IMG/VR virus record: IMGVR_UViG_3300034093_003283
Strand: one strand, 5' to 3'
Length of the DNA: 64,000 nucleotides
DNA from: a virus
The notes beneath the pieces were generated by a model. The model had not been told where the DNA came from, ran no database searches, and worked only from the letters and a program-made list of their open reading frames with translations. Position numbers and translations under genes: made by a program. Numbering within the stretch: the first letter of the stretch is position 1; the number at the start of each line of letters is the position of its first letter. Below, in pieces: positions 53,654 through 63,675 of the stretch.

Positions 53654-54115
53654 ATGGAATATGATTATGTAAGATTTGAAGAACTGTTACAGAACCTTTT
53701 AGAGGACATGTATTATGATCCAGAGGACTTGACCATTGGTGAAGATATCTCACACATACCTGAAGTCAAAATCATCTTTGATGGTTATGGTGATTTGGAA
53801 GATGAGGATGAGGATGGTGAATATAGATACACCGAAGGTGGCAACACCAATATGGAATCGTATGCAATCTTTCTACACAAAGATTCTTTAACCGAAGAAT
53901 TTGTATTCCCTCCACATGATGTATATGCGTTCACTTTTGGTTCAATGATTCAACATCGACCAAAAGAAGAAGTGTGTATCTATGCATGGCATGATGTGAT
54001 AGATGGTTCATGGGAAATTCTTCCATTGGAAGATAGATTGTCAGAAGATAACTCAATGAACGAAGAAGATGTTATGAAAATTTTGGAAGGATTGTATGTC
54101 AAATATTATGCATAA
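53654..54115 (+). CDS. acidic hypothetical protein
   Basis: GAGGT RBS. Confidence 0.65.
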   Translation: MEYDYVRFEELLQNLLEDMYYDPEDLTIGEDISHIPEVKIIFDGYGDLEDEDEDGEYRYTEGGNTNMESYAIFLHKDSLTEEFVFPPHDVYAFTFGSMIQHRPKEEVCIYAWHDVIDGSWEILPLEDRLSEDNSMNEEDVMKILEGLYVKYYA

Positions 54116-54554
54116 GTTGATGAACAAGATTGGCCGTTATCGGTTGATTTTGGATAGAGTGACAAAAGAACCGTACATGCATCGGTACTATTTGTTTCTC
54201 AAAGACCGTAAATGGTTTCCTTTTAATGTGGTATTACACAAGATTATGAAATCAGATGAACCTGTTTTCCATGACCATCCATGGCCATTTATGACCATCA
54301 TCATCAAAGGTGGTTATTGGGAACACACACCAATCTTGGATGATAATGGTAGGCAGATTGTAGACATTGCACGATGGTGTGGTCCAGGTTCTATCATCAT
54401 GCGTGGCTCAAAAGATTATCATTGGTTGGAACTACACAACAATGAACCAGTAACCACATTGTTCTTTATGGGTCCACAACTCCGTGAATGGGGTTTCCTC
54501 AAAGACAAATGGATACATAATGAAGAATACTTGAAACAAAGATTGGCAAAATGA
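54096..54554 (+). CDS. cupin-fold protein
   Basis: HDHPW, GGYWE, H..., WGF. Confidence 0.7.
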   Translation: MSNIMHKLMNKIGRYRLILDRVTKEPYMHRYYLFLKDRKWFPFNVVLHKIMKSDEPVFHDHPWPFMTIIIKGGYWEHTPILDDNGRQIVDIARWCGPGSIIMRGSKDYHWLELHNNEPVTTLFFMGPQLREWGFLKDKWIHNEEYLKQRLAK

Positions 54555-55160
54555 ATGATGAACAGATCATGGCCGCATACGATAAACTGAAACAACATTT
54601 TGGTGATAAGCTTCCAGACCCCGAACACAGCCCACTGCAATTTGCATACTTTGTAAAAATATACAAATACTACTATGAAAATCGACAGAATTAAAGAATA
54701 TCACATCCAACAAAGGCGGTTACAAGATCGCCGTCAAGAAGAACGTGTACAAGAGAAAAGAATTCTTGAGGAAAAGCGCAAAGAGAAAATCCGAAGAATG
54801 GATAAGCATCGTATTGATGTTTATGCATAATTATGGGATTAAGTGATTGGTCGTTTTTCTTATTTGTTTTCCTCTGTTTCTCTATATTCTCTGGTGAACC
54901 AGATGTATGGGACAAGGCTCACGAATACACAATGCAAAGATTGACAACAAATCCATGAAGTACATCTGGATGGCCATCAAAACCGCATTGATACTTTTGT
55001 GGTCCTATGCAATGCTTATAGTAATAATTCTAATTGCTGCAATGACATACGGTGGTATCAAAGAGCTTCTAAAATAAATTGGTATTTTCAAGCGCTTCCG
55101 GGCTTGACATGCACACAGAGACATGATACAATACACCATGTCTTTTTTATTGGAGAAATC

Positions 55161-55796
55161 ATGTTACAATTGAGCAAAGTCGATTCGAAAAACCTCGAAA
55201 CCCTTCTTACCCTTACCGATCAATTCGAATTCAATATTACCAAAAAACTGCGGGATAATATTGACTGGGACATGGTATTCTCGGTTATACAATCGTACAA
55301 AAGCACTTACAACGAAAATATGCTGAGGTTCGTCAAATCTCACCTTATTAGTAAAGCCATTCAAAAATACTCTGGTGGTTACATGGAGTATGTCAATCAA
55401 ACCGGATATGATTTTATCACCAAAGATAACTTTAAGATTGAGTTAAAAACTGGGCTTAAAATCTTTCAGAAAAGAAAACAACAAACATCCGATATCATTA
55501 TCAGTAATACGCAGGGTCAATCCACGGACACCAAGGTATTCGAAAAGACATTTGATTACCTATTGATGGTCGAACCTGGTATGGCAGGTGTTACCAGTTG
55601 GGAGAAGATGCGCCCATACATTAAACCCCGAGGTGACTGTTTCAAAGCACAGATACCAATGACAGAGATAGAAATCTTCAAGGTGGAACATTCTGTGGAA
55701 GATTTCAATTTTGATCTTTCAGATAGGATCGAAGAAGCCTTAGATAAAGCTTTACTGGATATCGAAAAGAAATTTAAAAGAATCAGAAGTAAGTGA
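55161..55796 (+). CDS. PD-(D/E)xK nuclease-like protein
   Basis: GYDF...IELK, KTFDYLL; own promoter TTGACA-N17-TACAAT. Confidence 0.55.
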   Translation: MLQLSKVDSKNLETLLTLTDQFEFNITKKLRDNIDWDMVFSVIQSYKSTYNENMLRFVKSHLISKAIQKYSGGYMEYVNQTGYDFITKDNFKIELKTGLKIFQKRKQQTSDIIISNTQGQSTDTKVFEKTFDYLLMVEPGMAGVTSWEKMRPYIKPRGDCFKAQIPMTEIEIFKVEHSVEDFNFDLSDRIEEALDKALLDIEKKFKRIRSK

Positions 55797-56065
55797 AAAA
55801 ATTTGCAATCGCAGGTACATCCAGTCAGTTTTATGATTGGATGCGAAACAATGGCCGTTCTCATACCGATTGGATTTATGTGAGTGGACTTGATACTATC
55901 AGAGGTACCAGTAATCCACACGGTATGTTCATTGGTACCTGGTATGAAAGACCTGATATGCTAGAAGTGGTACATATGCTCAGACTTTGTACACACATAA
56001 AAAATGAGAAACTGGATGAAGTGTTCCAGGTGTATATGAACTATAGATTGGGATTAGAAGGATGA
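55793..56065 (+). CDS. hypothetical protein
   Basis: Coupled ORF. Confidence 0.6.
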   Translation: MKKFAIAGTSSQFYDWMRNNGRSHTDWIYVSGLDTIRGTSNPHGMFIGTWYERPDMLEVVHMLRLCTHIKNEKLDEVFQVYMNYRLGLEG

Positions 56066-56289
56066 ATGAACGAATTAAAGAACTAGTAGAAAAAGCTGGG
56101 ATATACATTGCATATGACAATAGAGCAGTGCTGGACAAAGAAATAGAATTTTTAGCCGAGTTGATTGTTCGTGAATGTATGGCATGTTCTATTTGGGTTG
56201 GCAAGATGAATACCAATAGTGTTGAACCAATACACACAGCTCACGCTATCAATCAGCGTATCAAAGAACATTTCGGAGTTGAAGAATGA
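56062..56289 (+). CDS. hypothetical protein
   Basis: MNERIKEL...AELIVREC...IKEHFGVE. Confidence 0.7.
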   Translation: MNERIKELVEKAGIYIAYDNRAVLDKEIEFLAELIVRECMACSIWVGKMNTNSVEPIHTAHAINQRIKEHFGVEE

Positions 56290-56688
56290 ACACCATCGTG
56301 ACTCTTGGAGTGCTTGTGTATGATTTTCTATTGGTTGCTGGTACCGCATACCTTGTTGTAGTACATGACTGGTCCATGTGGACCTTTCTGTTAACCCTTT
56401 TATTCTGTATGAGCATCACTAAGAAGGATAAAAAAGATGAGAGATGAAGACGTACAAAGGCTCATAGAGAACCTTGAGAGGTCCTTGATGGAAGCCTCCG
56501 AGAAAAAAATCCAGGAATCAAAAGAAGAAAAAAAGTTGGACCCATTGGAGGGCCCAGAAAATAAAAAACAGGAATAAAGAGTTTGACCAGGTGGGGCTTT
56601 TTTATTATATCGCATCCCCATGGCGCCCCCATCCCCTACGCTTACAGTCACCAGCCACCCAGCAACACACACCAGCCAGCTGGCGACC

Positions 56689-56723
56689 AAAAAAAGGACT
56701 GGGAGCACAGCTCGACCAGTCCC
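56689..56723 (-). terminator. intrinsic terminator of the leftward early genes
   Basis: Minus strand GGGACTGG...CCAGTCC followed by T7. Confidence 0.7.
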
Positions 56724-56761
56724 TATAAAGCAGCACGGTTTTCAGTGCTATACCTAACCTT

Positions 56762-57409
56762 TTAAGCGGCTACTGCCAACCGAATAACCTTGGCCATTTT
56801 GCGGCCGTGGGCGGGATAACCAACCACTGCCACGCTTTTGTCATAGCAAGCACGGCAGCCATTGCACTTACCGCCATGCTCATATGCACGGCAGAGCGTC
56901 ACACCAGCAGGCACATTGGACGCATCGGGAAGGATAGTGCTACCATGCACGCCAGCAGTATATGTACCGTCAATAGCATCCGATGATGGACGCACCATGA
57001 CATTGGGGAGGGCTTGCATCCGAGCAAGGATGGCCTGGTACTTGGGGAATTTATACATGCGGGTGGGCAACCAGTGCTGTACATGGGGAGTAGCCACCAT
57101 AACGTCATACATTTTGAGCGCCAAGGAGAGGGAGTACATATCACCGCTGTCAAACCAACGGAAGTAGCTCTGCTTTTTGAGAGCGCTAACCATGGTGTCA
57201 ACCCAATCAGCCTCTTGCCATGCAAGCTTGTTGTCAGAGCGAACCGCTTTGGTCGCTTTGAAGGAGTAGCAACCAGTGGTAGCGTAGCAACCAGAGCAAG
57301 CGTCAACCAGAGCACCAGAAGCGGTGACGGAACCAGGACAGGTTTCGAGCGCCTGGAGGGACCAGCTGAGGATGTTATCGAGCTTTGAGGTTTTGGAGAG
57401 CTTGTTCAT
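56762..57409 (-). CDS. Gp88-family Cys-rich (Fe-S) protein
   Basis: CPG...CSGCYA, FRWFDSGD, HWLPTR, CNGCRAC. Confidence 0.8.
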   Translation of the reverse strand: MNKLSKTSKLDNILSWSLQALETCPGSVTASGALVDACSGCYATTGCYSFKATKAVRSDNKLAWQEADWVDTMVSALKKQSYFRWFDSGDMYSLSLALKMYDVMVATPHVQHWLPTRMYKFPKYQAILARMQALPNVMVRPSSDAIDGTYTAGVHGSTILPDASNVPAGVTLCRAYEHGGKCNGCRACYDKSVAVVGYPAHGRKMAKVIRLAVAA

Positions 57410-57486
57410 ATTGTGCTTTGCTTTGTTTGTTTCAATGGTTGTATTATGACAGAACCAGAGAAAATGGCAACCATATACTTTAGTAT

Positions 57487-57633
57487 TCAGCTAACCCACT
57501 GGACTATTTGGCTGCCCAGGAGCAACAAAGCGGCGCCGGCAGTGGAGCAACATGCGCTTGCCAAGGCCAGGACAGCTGTGTTAAAATAAGCGCCCACTAG
57601 GAGACCAACAGCGAAAATGAATACTTTTATCAT
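57487..57633 (-). CDS. small hydrophobic protein
   Basis: AAGGT RBS, 48 aa, hydrophobic. Confidence 0.5.
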   Translation of the reverse strand: MIKVFIFAVGLLVGAYFNTAVLALASACCSTAGAALLLLGSQIVQWVS

Positions 57634-57710
57634 ATGTTACCTTTTGTTTTCAATCAACAGCAAGACCAATTCCTTTAAAAACCGGGGGGTTGTTCGCCCC
57701 GGGGGATTGG

Positions 57711-58067
57711 TCAGGCTGTTGCTTTGCGAGCCATGATGGCAGCAGCAATGGCGTTATCTTCAGCACCGAAGGTCACAGCCTTGGAGGGACGCTTGTTGGC
57801 TTTCACTGCCTTGGCACCCACGGCGCCGACCTGCTTTGCAAGCAACTTAGCGAGGCGTGCTTCAGCCTTTGCGATAGCAGCGGCCTGCTTTTCTGCAGCA
57901 GTAGCGGCCTTGGCTTCTGCCTTGACCCGTTTGTCATTGGCAAGAGCGAAGCGCTCATGCTTGACCTGGAGGGACAATTGCTTGACCTGCTCACGGAAGA
58001 ATTTAAGGGAGGCACGAGCTGAGACCAATTCAACGGCCAGGGGGGAGAGAGCTTTCGACATATACAT
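57711..58067 (-). CDS. Ala/Lys-rich basic protein
   Basis: AAGGA RBS, own promoter, histone-like composition. Confidence 0.75.
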   Translation of the reverse strand: MYMSKALSPLAVELVSARASLKFFREQVKQLSLQVKHERFALANDKRVKAEAKAATAAEKQAAAIAKAEARLAKLLAKQVGAVGAKAVKANKRPSKAVTFGAEDNAIAAAIMARKATA

Positions 58068-58154
58068 TTTCCTTTGTTTGTTTGTATGAATGAATTATAC
58101 CAGATTTGGTGAAAATGGCAACCGTAAACTTTTGTATTCCAGTTGCCTGTAGTG

Positions 58155-58436
58155 TTATTCTACTTGGTCCAGATGAGCAGCAGAGTCCAAATAATCGGAG
58201 TCTGTAGTACTTTTGGTTTCAAGCATTTCGGACAGGATGTATTTGGCAATATTCATGAGCTTGCGGGACTGGTCAAGCGCCTGTGCATGGTTGAAGGACT
58301 GGAGCTCTTGAGCATCGGAGAGGATGCCCATGATAACCATTTCAATCCCGCTGAAGCGTGCCGTGACGCTGTGGATATACTGCTCATGGATATCTGCTTC
58401 GGTGATCCCGTAGCACTGCTTTTCGAATTCGGTCAT
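58155..58436 (-). CDS. hypothetical early protein
   Basis: AAGGA RBS, own promoter. Confidence 0.75.
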   Translation of the reverse strand: MTEFEKQCYGITEADIHEQYIHSVTARFSGIEMVIMGILSDAQELQSFNHAQALDQSRKLMNIAKYILSEMLETKSTTDSDYLDSAAHLDQVE

Positions 58437-58529
58437 TTTATGTCCTTTGTTTGTTTGTATGAATGAATTATAGGGGATCCTGCAGGTTTTGGCAACCTGA
58501 GAACTTTAGTATTCCAGTGGCCTGTGTGG

Positions 58530-58742
58530 TTAATAGGACTGGTGGGAATGGCCCAGGCGGTACACTACGGTACCGGCAGGCAGTCCGCCTTCGTCATTCT
58601 CCATGGTGTACGCCTCAGGGAGGCACACGGACGCCAGCTCACCATAGCAATAATAGCCGGATTCGGTTACTACCAAGCGAGCATCGGCGGGGAGGCGGGA
58701 CAATGCAGCGATCATATCTGCTACGGTTATATTGGTTTCCAT
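58530..58742 (-). CDS. hypothetical early protein
   Basis: AAGGA RBS; TVADMIAALSRLPADA. Confidence 0.7.
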   Translation of the reverse strand: METNITVADMIAALSRLPADARLVVTESGYYCYGELASVCLPEAYTMENDEGGLPAGTVVYRLGHSHQSY

Positions 58743-59030
58743 ATCTTCTTTCCTTTGCGTTTTTCAATGGTTGTATTATGACACATCCAAGGGGATTGGC
58801 AACCTGAGAACTTTAGTACTCCATTGGGGCAACTGAGAACCTTTGCGCTATATTGCCAGACCGGCTGGTACCTGTATAATGGACCCTATTCGAAAGCAGA
58901 CTGGGGTGGACGCTGGGGCTGCGTGTTGAAAACGGAAGTACTATAGCAACCCAATGGAGAACTTTTGTACTATATTGCCAAACCCAGGGAAACCTGTATA
59001 ATCCACACATATTGTAAACAGGAGTATTAC

Positions 59031-59222
59031 ATGGGAAAAATGTCAGACATTAGTATTCAATTAGAGGAATTCAGAGACCTTTTGTATTCAAGGGGTCTCG
59101 GCGACCCAATGGTGCAGTCGGAAATGAAAACTATTTCATTACTGGGGTTCCGTGATGAAATCGAATGTATTATTTTTGAATTCGAAACAGCAGTATTCAA
59201 CGGGGATTTAGAGAACTTTTGA
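59031..59222 (+). CDS. hypothetical early protein
   Basis: AGGAG RBS. Confidence 0.65.
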   Translation: MGKMSDISIQLEEFRDLLYSRGLGDPMVQSEMKTISLLGFRDEIECIIFEFETAVFNGDLENF

Positions 59223-59439
59223 GTTACCACTGAGAATGCTTTGTAATGCTTTATGATGACCAAAGTCTAAGTCACAAAGGTGACACTATGGGCCCGACAG
59301 GTAATGCGTTGGTACTACAAAATTGCACTTTATTGCACTTTATGACACTTTTGCATTATTTCACACAGCATCTTAGTACTTTTTCAGTACACCAGGTCTT
59401 GGTGTAACACGGTAGTACTCATTAACATGGAACTCGGAG

Positions 59440-59502
59440 TTATCCACAGCATACCCACAATCCCTGCGATTTGTACACATTTTATCCACAGAGTTATCCA
59501 CA
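59440..59502 (+). promoter_or_regulatory. DnaA-box cluster
   Basis: TTATCCACA at 59440, 59482, 59494; near matches at 59451 and 59471. Confidence 0.8.
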
Positions 59503-59619
59503 GCATTATAATGAGAACTTTAGTACTCCAGTGGCCTATATGAGAACTTTTCTCTTATATTGCCATTCTCTGGATTTTTGATATAATGATATCTTACAAA
59601 CAAACAAAAGATTGAAAAA

Positions 59620-59814
59620 ATGAAACAATTTGAATTAATTTTTGACGGTGTAAGTATTGAGTATACAGGCTATTTCAAAAATGAGAAGGAATGTATTACA
59701 TATACGAAGAAACGTTACAAAAATGGCGGAGAAGGTATACTAATTCATGCAGTTTACCCTGTACTGGAAAATGTGTACTATTGTGTTAAAACTGGAAAAG
59801 TAGTATCAAAATGA
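59620..59814 (+). CDS. hypothetical early protein
   Basis: Follows a promoter cassette. Confidence 0.6.
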   Translation: MKQFELIFDGVSIEYTGYFKNEKECITYTKKRYKNGGEGILIHAVYPVLENVYYCVKTGKVVSK

Positions 59815-59971
59815 CAAAAAGTGAAACTATAGCACTCATTATCGAGCATATTGTAATGCAAGGGTATTCAGATGCAGATAAATTTGTGAACTATGTTACT
59901 ACAATTCTCCCTATGATGAGTACTTCTGACTTACTGGCCGAATTGAATACTTTAGAACTGGAAATCTGAAA

Positions 59972-60247
59972 ATGAATACTATTCACTTCAATAAAAAGTA
60001 TGAATTAAGACCAAATTACTATGTAATACCTTTTTCTTGCTCTGACTTGAATCTTGTTAATACTGAGGTATTACATCGTGACCGGTCAGAAGCTGAACAA
60101 AAAGTATTAGATAATATTCGGTATCGTATTACTTTGGCATTACTGGAAAACGGTTTTGAAATGGAATCTGTGAACTTTAGTTCTATGTCAATTTCTGCAA
60201 AGAAAATTGAAACTTACATACTAAAGTACTCCAGTCAGGTAATGTAA
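59972..60247 (+). CDS. hypothetical protein
   Basis: ORF track. Confidence 0.5.
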   Translation: MNTIHFNKKYELRPNYYVIPFSCSDLNLVNTEVLHRDRSEAEQKVLDNIRYRITLALLENGFEMESVNFSSMSISAKKIETYILKYSSQVM

Positions 60248-60321
60248 TACTAAGGTGTTAGGTTGCCAAGTCAGGTAAACTGTGGTATAATTGTTTTTTA
60301 AATGCGAGAGGTAAAGAAAAA

Positions 60322-60579
60322 ATGCAAAATTCTAAACGTGATGATATTTTGGAAATGGTCGATGAAATGTTGGACATGGACGGCCCGGTGATGATCGGTT
60401 CTTTGGAATTCTCAAAATCCCAGATTCTGAAGCGTCTGGACCCCGTTGCTTATCGTGAGGCTTGCATTGACTTGATTGATTCCCACATTAGCGACCTTCA
60501 GTATGACCTGGAACGCTCAGATGATGAGGAAGAAATCGTTTGGTTGAAAGAGCAAATCGAAGAACTGGAGGATTTCTAA
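60322..60579 (+). CDS. acidic hypothetical early protein
   Basis: GAGG RBS; LKRLDPVAYR. Confidence 0.7.
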   Translation: MQNSKRDDILEMVDEMLDMDGPVMIGSLEFSKSQILKRLDPVAYREACIDLIDSHISDLQYDLERSDDEEEIVWLKEQIEELEDF

Positions 60580-60819
60580 ATGCATGAATTAATGCAATAT
60601 TTCTCCCTGTACCAATCCGGTGTAGGTAGGAATTCGATGCTGCATCAGGTGCCCATGCGTCACCTGAATCAGGTAAGACTTTTGTTTGCAAAGTCAGGTA
60701 TCAAGGTGAAGGTCCGTTTTCGTGGACCTCGAGCACACAATCGTGGACGTGGTGTCAACACCAGATCATCCACCTGTTTGAAGAATGATGCCGTGACTTT
60801 TGCAGTTTATCGTGATTAA
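60580..60819 (+). CDS. hypothetical protein
   Basis: RFRGPR...AVY. Confidence 0.65.
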   Translation: MHELMQYFSLYQSGVGRNSMLHQVPMRHLNQVRLLFAKSGIKVKVRFRGPRAHNRGRGVNTRSSTCLKNDAVTFAVYRD

Positions 60820-61028
60820 TGGTTAGTAGGTACTAATGAGGTGAATATTGTGAATGATAAAGTGAAAAAAGAGAAACCAGAAATGCCGGTGTGCCCGTCT
60901 TGCAAAGCAAAGATGCGTCCATCGTATTTCAATGGTTATTATGAGTCCTTTTCCATGTGGAAATGTGATTGTAAGAAAATCCCAGGTGCCAAGTCGGTTC
61001 GTGGTTCATACGCTTAATGAGGTAAAAA

Positions 61029-61250
61029 ATGGGTAGCAAATTGATGCAATTGGCAATCGATCAGATTCGGTCTGATTTGGAAGTTGGTGATGTGACGGCA
61101 ATTCAGGTATTGCTGCAAAAACTGGACAAGGATGACTTGTATTATTTCCTGTCTGAGGAAAATCAGGCATTGGCAAATCATTTCGAATATGAATATGATG
61201 GCCAACCTGATGAATCTCAGGAATGGGAATCATACGATCCTGATTGTTGA
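61029..61250 (+). CDS. hypothetical protein
   Basis: GAGGT RBS; DGQPDESQEWESYDPDC. Confidence 0.7.
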   Translation: MGSKLMQLAIDQIRSDLEVGDVTAIQVLLQKLDKDDLYYFLSEENQALANHFEYEYDGQPDESQEWESYDPDC

Positions 61251-61592
61251 GATAACATTCAGGTGTTGGTTACTTAGTACTAACTTATTTTTTGGTTTAT
61301 ATTTTAAAGGTGGTTTTATGAAAGATTTGAATTGGTTGTATATGCTGGATGTGCTGAAAGGTGATAAATTCACTAATATTGGTCTCCAACAAATGGCAGA
61401 ATTGAATATCGGCGAGGTCACAGGTTCAAAACAATACCTGAAATTGACGGAACGCCTGTATACACCAACCATTATGGAAAAATTTGCGATGAAATAATAC
61501 TTGACCACAGGGATGGAGTACTTTAGTAGTATATTGCCAAAACCCTATGGTTCCTGTATAATGGGTTTCATTGAGTTGATAAAGGATAGATT

Positions 61593-61808
61593 GTGAAAAA
61601 AATTCGTGTGATTGTAAATGGTGTTTGCTTTTATACCAGTAAAAAGGATATAAAGCAAAAGTGCGTTGGTGATTTCGGTTTGCAAAATGATGCATTGGCA
61701 TGGGCATTAGATCAAATGGGTACTAACAAAGGAATTGGTACCACTGTTCGGTACTTTGACCATAACATGAAACAAGAAATTTTTCAAATTCAATTAACAG
61801 AGGTATAA
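61593..61808 (+). CDS. hypothetical protein
   Basis: AAGGA RBS after a promoter cassette. Confidence 0.6.
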   Translation: MKKIRVIVNGVCFYTSKKDIKQKCVGDFGLQNDALAWALDQMGTNKGIGTTVRYFDHNMKQEIFQIQLTEV

Positions 61809-62330
61809 ATGGAATTTAACACTGATAAACCTACCCGTTCGGCCATGTACTTGGTCGACCGTGGTATGCAAGGCAAGCATTATCGATGGTATAATGCAGA
61901 GACTGACACCTGGTCGCTCTGTGGTTCAGATATGAACGAAGCCAATGCCAATAAAGATAAACCATCACCCGTTGGTTTCTTTCCGTGGATTGGTCCTTTG
62001 ACTGGTCCTAAATTTGATGCAAACAAAGAGGTCGTGATGGTTAGTGAAGACAAACCAAAATCAACAAAGGCGCCTGCTAAGAAAATGGCACGCCAACGCA
62101 CCGCAACGCCTGCCAAACTGGTTATTGTGACAGTTGGCAATACCCGTGTCGGTTCGATTGTGAGAGGCACCAAGACATTGCATCCTGATGGTGCCGTTTG
62201 GTTCCGTGAAGATCGGCAGAAATGGGTTGCTATGATGAATGGCAAACAAGAAGCGGCACGGCCAACACCTGAAGCGTGTTTGTCGTTTTTGAAGAAAAAA
62301 TATAATGTCGATGGCATTGTTTTGAAATAA
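61809..62330 (+). CDS. hypothetical protein with a C-terminal AP2-like DNA-binding motif
   Basis: GAVWFREDRQKWVA. Confidence 0.55.
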   Translation: MEFNTDKPTRSAMYLVDRGMQGKHYRWYNAETDTWSLCGSDMNEANANKDKPSPVGFFPWIGPLTGPKFDANKEVVMVSEDKPKSTKAPAKKMARQRTATPAKLVIVTVGNTRVGSIVRGTKTLHPDGAVWFREDRQKWVAMMNGKQEAARPTPEACLSFLKKKYNVDGIVLK

Positions 62331-62337
62331 GGAGTAA

Positions 62338-62730
62338 ATGATGGGTTTAGATATGTACGCTTGGCGTGTCAAAGCAGAGGACGCCATTGATGATTTTTCG
62401 GTCGCTTCTGGCGATGATGGTTCCAATAAAGTTGAAGAACTGTATTATTGGCGTAAACACCACGACCTCCATGGTTGGATGGAACGCCTGTACCGTGAAA
62501 AGGGTGGTACCAAGGAGTCCTTTAATTGCGTGAAAGTGCGATTGACAATGGAAGACCTGCAGCGATTGGCAGTGGATGTAACAAAAGGCCGATTGCCTGA
62601 AACCACTGGTTTCTTTTTTGGTGATAATCCACCTGACCCAGATTCTGTTGCACAGGATATGGAATTTATTGGCAAGGCAATGGCAGTTGTCGCTGTAGGC
62701 GATGCCGTTTATTATGATTCATGGTGGTAA
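62338..62730 (+). CDS. conserved phage hypothetical protein
   Basis: MGLDMY, YWRKH, TTGFFFG, YYDSWW. Confidence 0.8.
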   Translation: MMGLDMYAWRVKAEDAIDDFSVASGDDGSNKVEELYYWRKHHDLHGWMERLYREKGGTKESFNCVKVRLTMEDLQRLAVDVTKGRLPETTGFFFGDNPPDPDSVAQDMEFIGKAMAVVAVGDAVYYDSWW

Positions 62731-62731
62731 T

Positions 62732-62971
62732 ATGACATACGATAGAAAAGTGATGGTTGAGCTGGATTGGGATACTGTTGACAAAATTGTGCAAAACGAA
62801 TTGCGAGGCGTATACGAATCATTAAAGTATGATTTGGAGCGGCGTGCCGAGGGCAAGACCTGGGGCATCTTTGCAACGGATGAAGCCGAAGATATTGCAC
62901 AGATTACGGAACACATCTATGCATTGGAATTGATTTTGAAGTATTATGGTGCATGGAGTGAAAGCCAATGA
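62732..62971 (+). CDS. hypothetical protein
   Basis: Coupled ORF. Confidence 0.6.
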   Translation: MTYDRKVMVELDWDTVDKIVQNELRGVYESLKYDLERRAEGKTWGIFATDEAEDIAQITEHIYALELILKYYGAWSESQ

Positions 62972-63219
62972 AAACGAATGAAATTAAAAAAGGCATGAGA
63001 ATCCTTCTAACCAACGGATGGGAAGGAACCATGAAAGACAACGGCCGTGGAGTTACCCGAATTGCTGAAATTGAGGGATTCTACACGGAGACAGGATCGG
63101 TGTATTCGTTTGATATTGCATCCGCACAACCGAACAATGATGGCGTTTGGCACAAAATCGAATACACGGAAAAAGAGTTGAAAACTCAGGCAATGAATGC
63201 CGCCATTTTCGGAGGATGA
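62968..63219 (+). CDS. hypothetical protein
   Basis: GGAG RBS; ETGSVYSFDI. Confidence 0.7.
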   Translation: MKTNEIKKGMRILLTNGWEGTMKDNGRGVTRIAEIEGFYTETGSVYSFDIASAQPNNDGVWHKIEYTEKELKTQAMNAAIFGG

Positions 63220-63220
63220 A

Positions 63221-63424
63221 ATGTACGAATTAGAACTTTCTTACTCACAAGATTTTGCGATTGATTCTGCCCTCCGTTTCCTGTGCGGTCAACCCTGGAG
63301 TGTATCCAACGATATCCAGAACGTTTCCAGTGCGTCTGGACTTGATCCTGACCTCATGGAACTGGCGGTGGCCGTTCTATTTCCGTCTGCCGTGGTCCAT
63401 GTAGCGACAGGGAAATCGGTTTGA
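63221..63424 (+). CDS. hypothetical protein
   Basis: GGAGG RBS. Confidence 0.55.
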   Translation: MYELELSYSQDFAIDSALRFLCGQPWSVSNDIQNVSSASGLDPDLMELAVAVLFPSAVVHVATGKSV

Positions 63425-63675
63425 TTATCACTTTGACAGATGAAGAAAACAAGGAAATCCGCATGGCGGCGGCCTTGAACACCAAACCAATTCCTGGGAA
63501 AAGCATGGGAGAGTGTTTTCAAATAACCTTGATAAACTTGGTCCTTGACAAAATAAGGGAAAAAAACAAAATCAAACAGTAATACTTGACCGGATGGCTT
63601 GAGTACTTTCGTTGTATATTGCCATCCTCACCAGGACCTGTAGAATACGTAGTATTGATTGATTAGGAGTAACTG

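Larger units (their letters stand above)
57443..58822 (-). repeat. four leftward early promoter cassettes
   Basis: TTGCCA -35 at 57465, 58116, 58490, 58797 with a (T/C)ATAAT -10 and an upstream ACTTTWGTA box. Confidence 0.75.
58835..63646 (+). repeat. six rightward early promoter cassettes
   Basis: TTGCCA at 58853, 58975, 59560, 60263, 61534, 63619 with TATAAT/TAGAAT and an upstream GAGWACTTT-type box. Confidence 0.75.

Noticed and set aside
57421-63646. CRISPR array suggested by the recurring repeats
   Set aside because: The repeats are degenerate, irregularly spaced, separated by whole genes and match promoters; no cas genes are present.
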